DNA of 61,723 nucleotides, taken from positions 1-61,723 of the forward strand of contig JBAYIY010000009.1 in NCBI GenBank assembly GCA_041665365.1, written 5' to 3'. Shown here piece after piece: positions 60,161 to 61,723 of the stretch (the stretch's first letter is position 1; every line of letters begins with the position of its first letter). Origin of the DNA: Patescibacteria group bacterium (GTDB lineage: Bacteria; Patescibacteriota; Patescibacteriia; UBA9570). The translations under genes were made by a program, and so were the position numbers. The notes beneath the pieces were generated by a model. That model did not search any database. It saw only the letters and a list, made by a program, of their open reading frames with translations, and had not been told where the DNA came from.

Positions 60161-60924
60161 GTGTTATTGTCTTATCCTGGAATGCCCGCGATGAAATAGT
60201 GGCGTGTGTAGACTCACTGCTTGAGGCTAGTAAAATTATTCCGCTGGAGATTATTGTGATTGATAATGCCTCAGGTGATGACAGTGTTGCCTATTTAGAA
60301 AAATATTCAGATATTAAACTAGTTAAAAACAACACTAATCGTTTATATGCAGGCGGTAATAATCAGGGCTATAGTTTAACTAAAGCCGATCTGGTTTTAT
60401 TATTAAATCAAGACACAATAGTGAATGGTCCGGCGATTAAAGCCATGTCTGATTGGTTAATGCAACATCCAAATTATGGTGGTGCTACTGTAAAATTATT
60501 AAACCTGGATGGATCGACGCAATATCATATGCACCGCCGCCTACCACACTGGTATGATATTCCCTTAGGATTACTGCACAAAAGAATCCCGGCCATAATG
60601 TTTAATACCACAAAAAAATATTTATATTTAGACAATAAATTTGATCAAGATTTTGATATCGAGCAAGCTGCCGGCGCTTGTTTAATGGTACGACGCACCG
60701 CTATTGCACAATTGGGTGTGCTATTCGATGAACCACACTTCCCTTTATATTATAATGATGTTGATTTGTGTTATAGATTGCATAAAGCGGGCTGGCCAAT
60801 CAGATGTTTAACCAGCGTGTCTATTATGCACCGTAAAGGTACAAGTGTGCGTAAATTACCAAAATGGAAGAATATGAAAATTTATCTGCGTTCACTGTTT
60901 TATTATTTTGCTCGGTTCAAATAA
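60154..60924 (+). CDS. GT2 glycosyltransferase (rhamnosyltransferase-like)
   Basis: 256 aa with VIVLSWNA, VIDNASGDDS, YAGGNNQG, LLLNQDT and NDVDLC. Confidence 0.72.
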   Translation: MVSVIVLSWNARDEIVACVDSLLEASKIIPLEIIVIDNASGDDSVAYLEKYSDIKLVKNNTNRLYAGGNNQGYSLTKADLVLLLNQDTIVNGPAIKAMSDWLMQHPNYGGATVKLLNLDGSTQYHMHRRLPHWYDIPLGLLHKRIPAIMFNTTKKYLYLDNKFDQDFDIEQAAGACLMVRRTAIAQLGVLFDEPHFPLYYNDVDLCYRLHKAGWPIRCLTSVSIMHRKGTSVRKLPKWKNMKIYLRSLFYYFARFK

Positions 60925-61723
60925 TAGATCAAGACGTTGGTTTCGGTGGGTTGATATATTTTCTTAAAGTGTTTAGCAATATAGTTCAGCACTTTATCAC
61001 TGAGATGTCGTTTATGATTTGTGTTATATACCACATATACCCCCGTGTCACTGGTTTCGGTCAAGGCTTTGAATTCAGTCAGAGACAGACTTTTATAACC
61101 ACCCAGGAGATAAACCGGAATTGAATTATCTGGCCAATAAAAGAATCTGGGCCCTTGCATTAAGACAATATCACCAGGCTGAACTTGATCGACTACATCT
61201 GAGTAGGCAGTTTTCATGTCGGCATAACCCAATTCTGTAGTTGTAAAGTCGGTTTTAAAAGACAAGGCTGGTCCGACCAAAATAACTAACGGTAAAATTA
61301 AACTGACGCGAAATACATTTCGCCCTGGTAATAATGAATAGAGAAACTTCATGGTAGTTACTAATCCCACTACGGTAATTAAAGTGATGGCCGGAACCAC
61401 AATGCTGATATATCTTTGTGCATCCCAGCGATGACTAAAAAATGTAAAATAAACCAACACGGTTATACTCACTATGGCGGTTAATCCCAGATAGCTCCTG
61501 ATTTTCTTTAAACTTAAAATAATCCCCAGTACAAAAAATGCCCCAGCAAAAATTGGGAAATACCAACCGGCCAATGTATCTATGATATAACTCCAGTGTG
61601 GTTGCGCACGAATAATCACAGCATCCAATGGTACGATATTATATCTCAACAAAGTGAGTATTAGCGCTATACTAACACCAATTACTCCTAATACCCAACA
61701 CCAGAACCAATATTTATCCCTAA
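60903..61723 (-). CDS. C-terminal part of a large polytopic membrane protein, GT-C (ArnT/PMT, GT39/83)-like; 5' end beyond window
   Basis: The frame stays open to the window edge: the 23 codons upstream of the track's TTG read RDKYWFWCWVLGVIGVSIALILT. Several TM helices are followed by a soluble tail. Family assignment is tentative. Confidence 0.6.
   Translation of the reverse strand, partial: RDKYWFWCWVLGVIGVSIALILTLLRYNIVPLDAVIIRAQPHWSYIIDTLAGWYFPIFAGAFFVLGIILSLKKIRSYLGLTAIVSITVLVYFTFFSHRWDAQRYISIVVPAITLITVVGLVTTMKFLYSLLPGRNVFRVSLILPLVILVGPALSFKTDFTTTELGYADMKTAYSDVVDQVQPGDIVLMQGPRFFYWPDNSIPVYLLGGYKSLSLTEFKALTETSDTGVYVVYNTNHKRHLSDKVLNYIAKHFKKIYQPTETNVLIYYLNRAK

Overview
Gene-dense (roughly 95% coding), visibly AT-rich 61.7 kb chromosomal segment. 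It uses the standard genetic code and has no CRISPR array, rRNA gene or mobile element. The content suggests a small-genome bacterium of CPR/Patescibacteria type (inference only). Supporting this are short housekeeping proteins, an archaeal-type NadM, a DUF5663-like protein and long co-directional gene strings with 1-20 nt overlaps. I support 68 CDS (two cut by the window edges), one tRNA-Pro(CGG), two terminators (one of them weak) and 14 sigma70-like promoters. Housekeeping content: gatB, rplA/rplK/nusG/secE, gyrB, pheST, metG, glyQS, rpmA, rplI, pyrG, murA, a complete F1Fo ATP synthase operon, a five-gene de novo NAD pathway, a pyrimidine deoxynucleotide salvage cluster, and a dTDP-rhamnose plus glycosyltransferase/flippase/GT-C surface-glycan island. 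Main hunt results follow. (1) A hyf-like six-gene membrane module (3074-10012) keeps its antiporter-like subunit motifs but has lost all four NiFe cysteines in the large subunit. It has also replaced three of four Fe-S cysteines with Asp in the small subunit and has no ferredoxin-type subunit. This is an Ehr-type relic or novelty of unknown function. It abuts the NAD operon and lies about 21 kb from an ATPase whose c subunit carries a Na+-type Q...ES...Y signature. (2) A promoter-delimited four-gene operon (25283-31084) encodes a DUF5663-like protein, an untracked 58-aa coiled-coil protein, a canonical PP2C phosphatase and a 1449-aa membrane protein. That large protein has a degenerate PP2C-like head and a His-rich repeated tail. 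(3) Twelve transcription-unit heads carry a -10 box ending only 6-11 nt before the ATG, and Shine-Dalgarno motifs are almost absent. This indicates predominantly leaderless, SD-independent initiation, and includes a murA/PEGA gene pair whose start codons overlap in a CATG palindrome.
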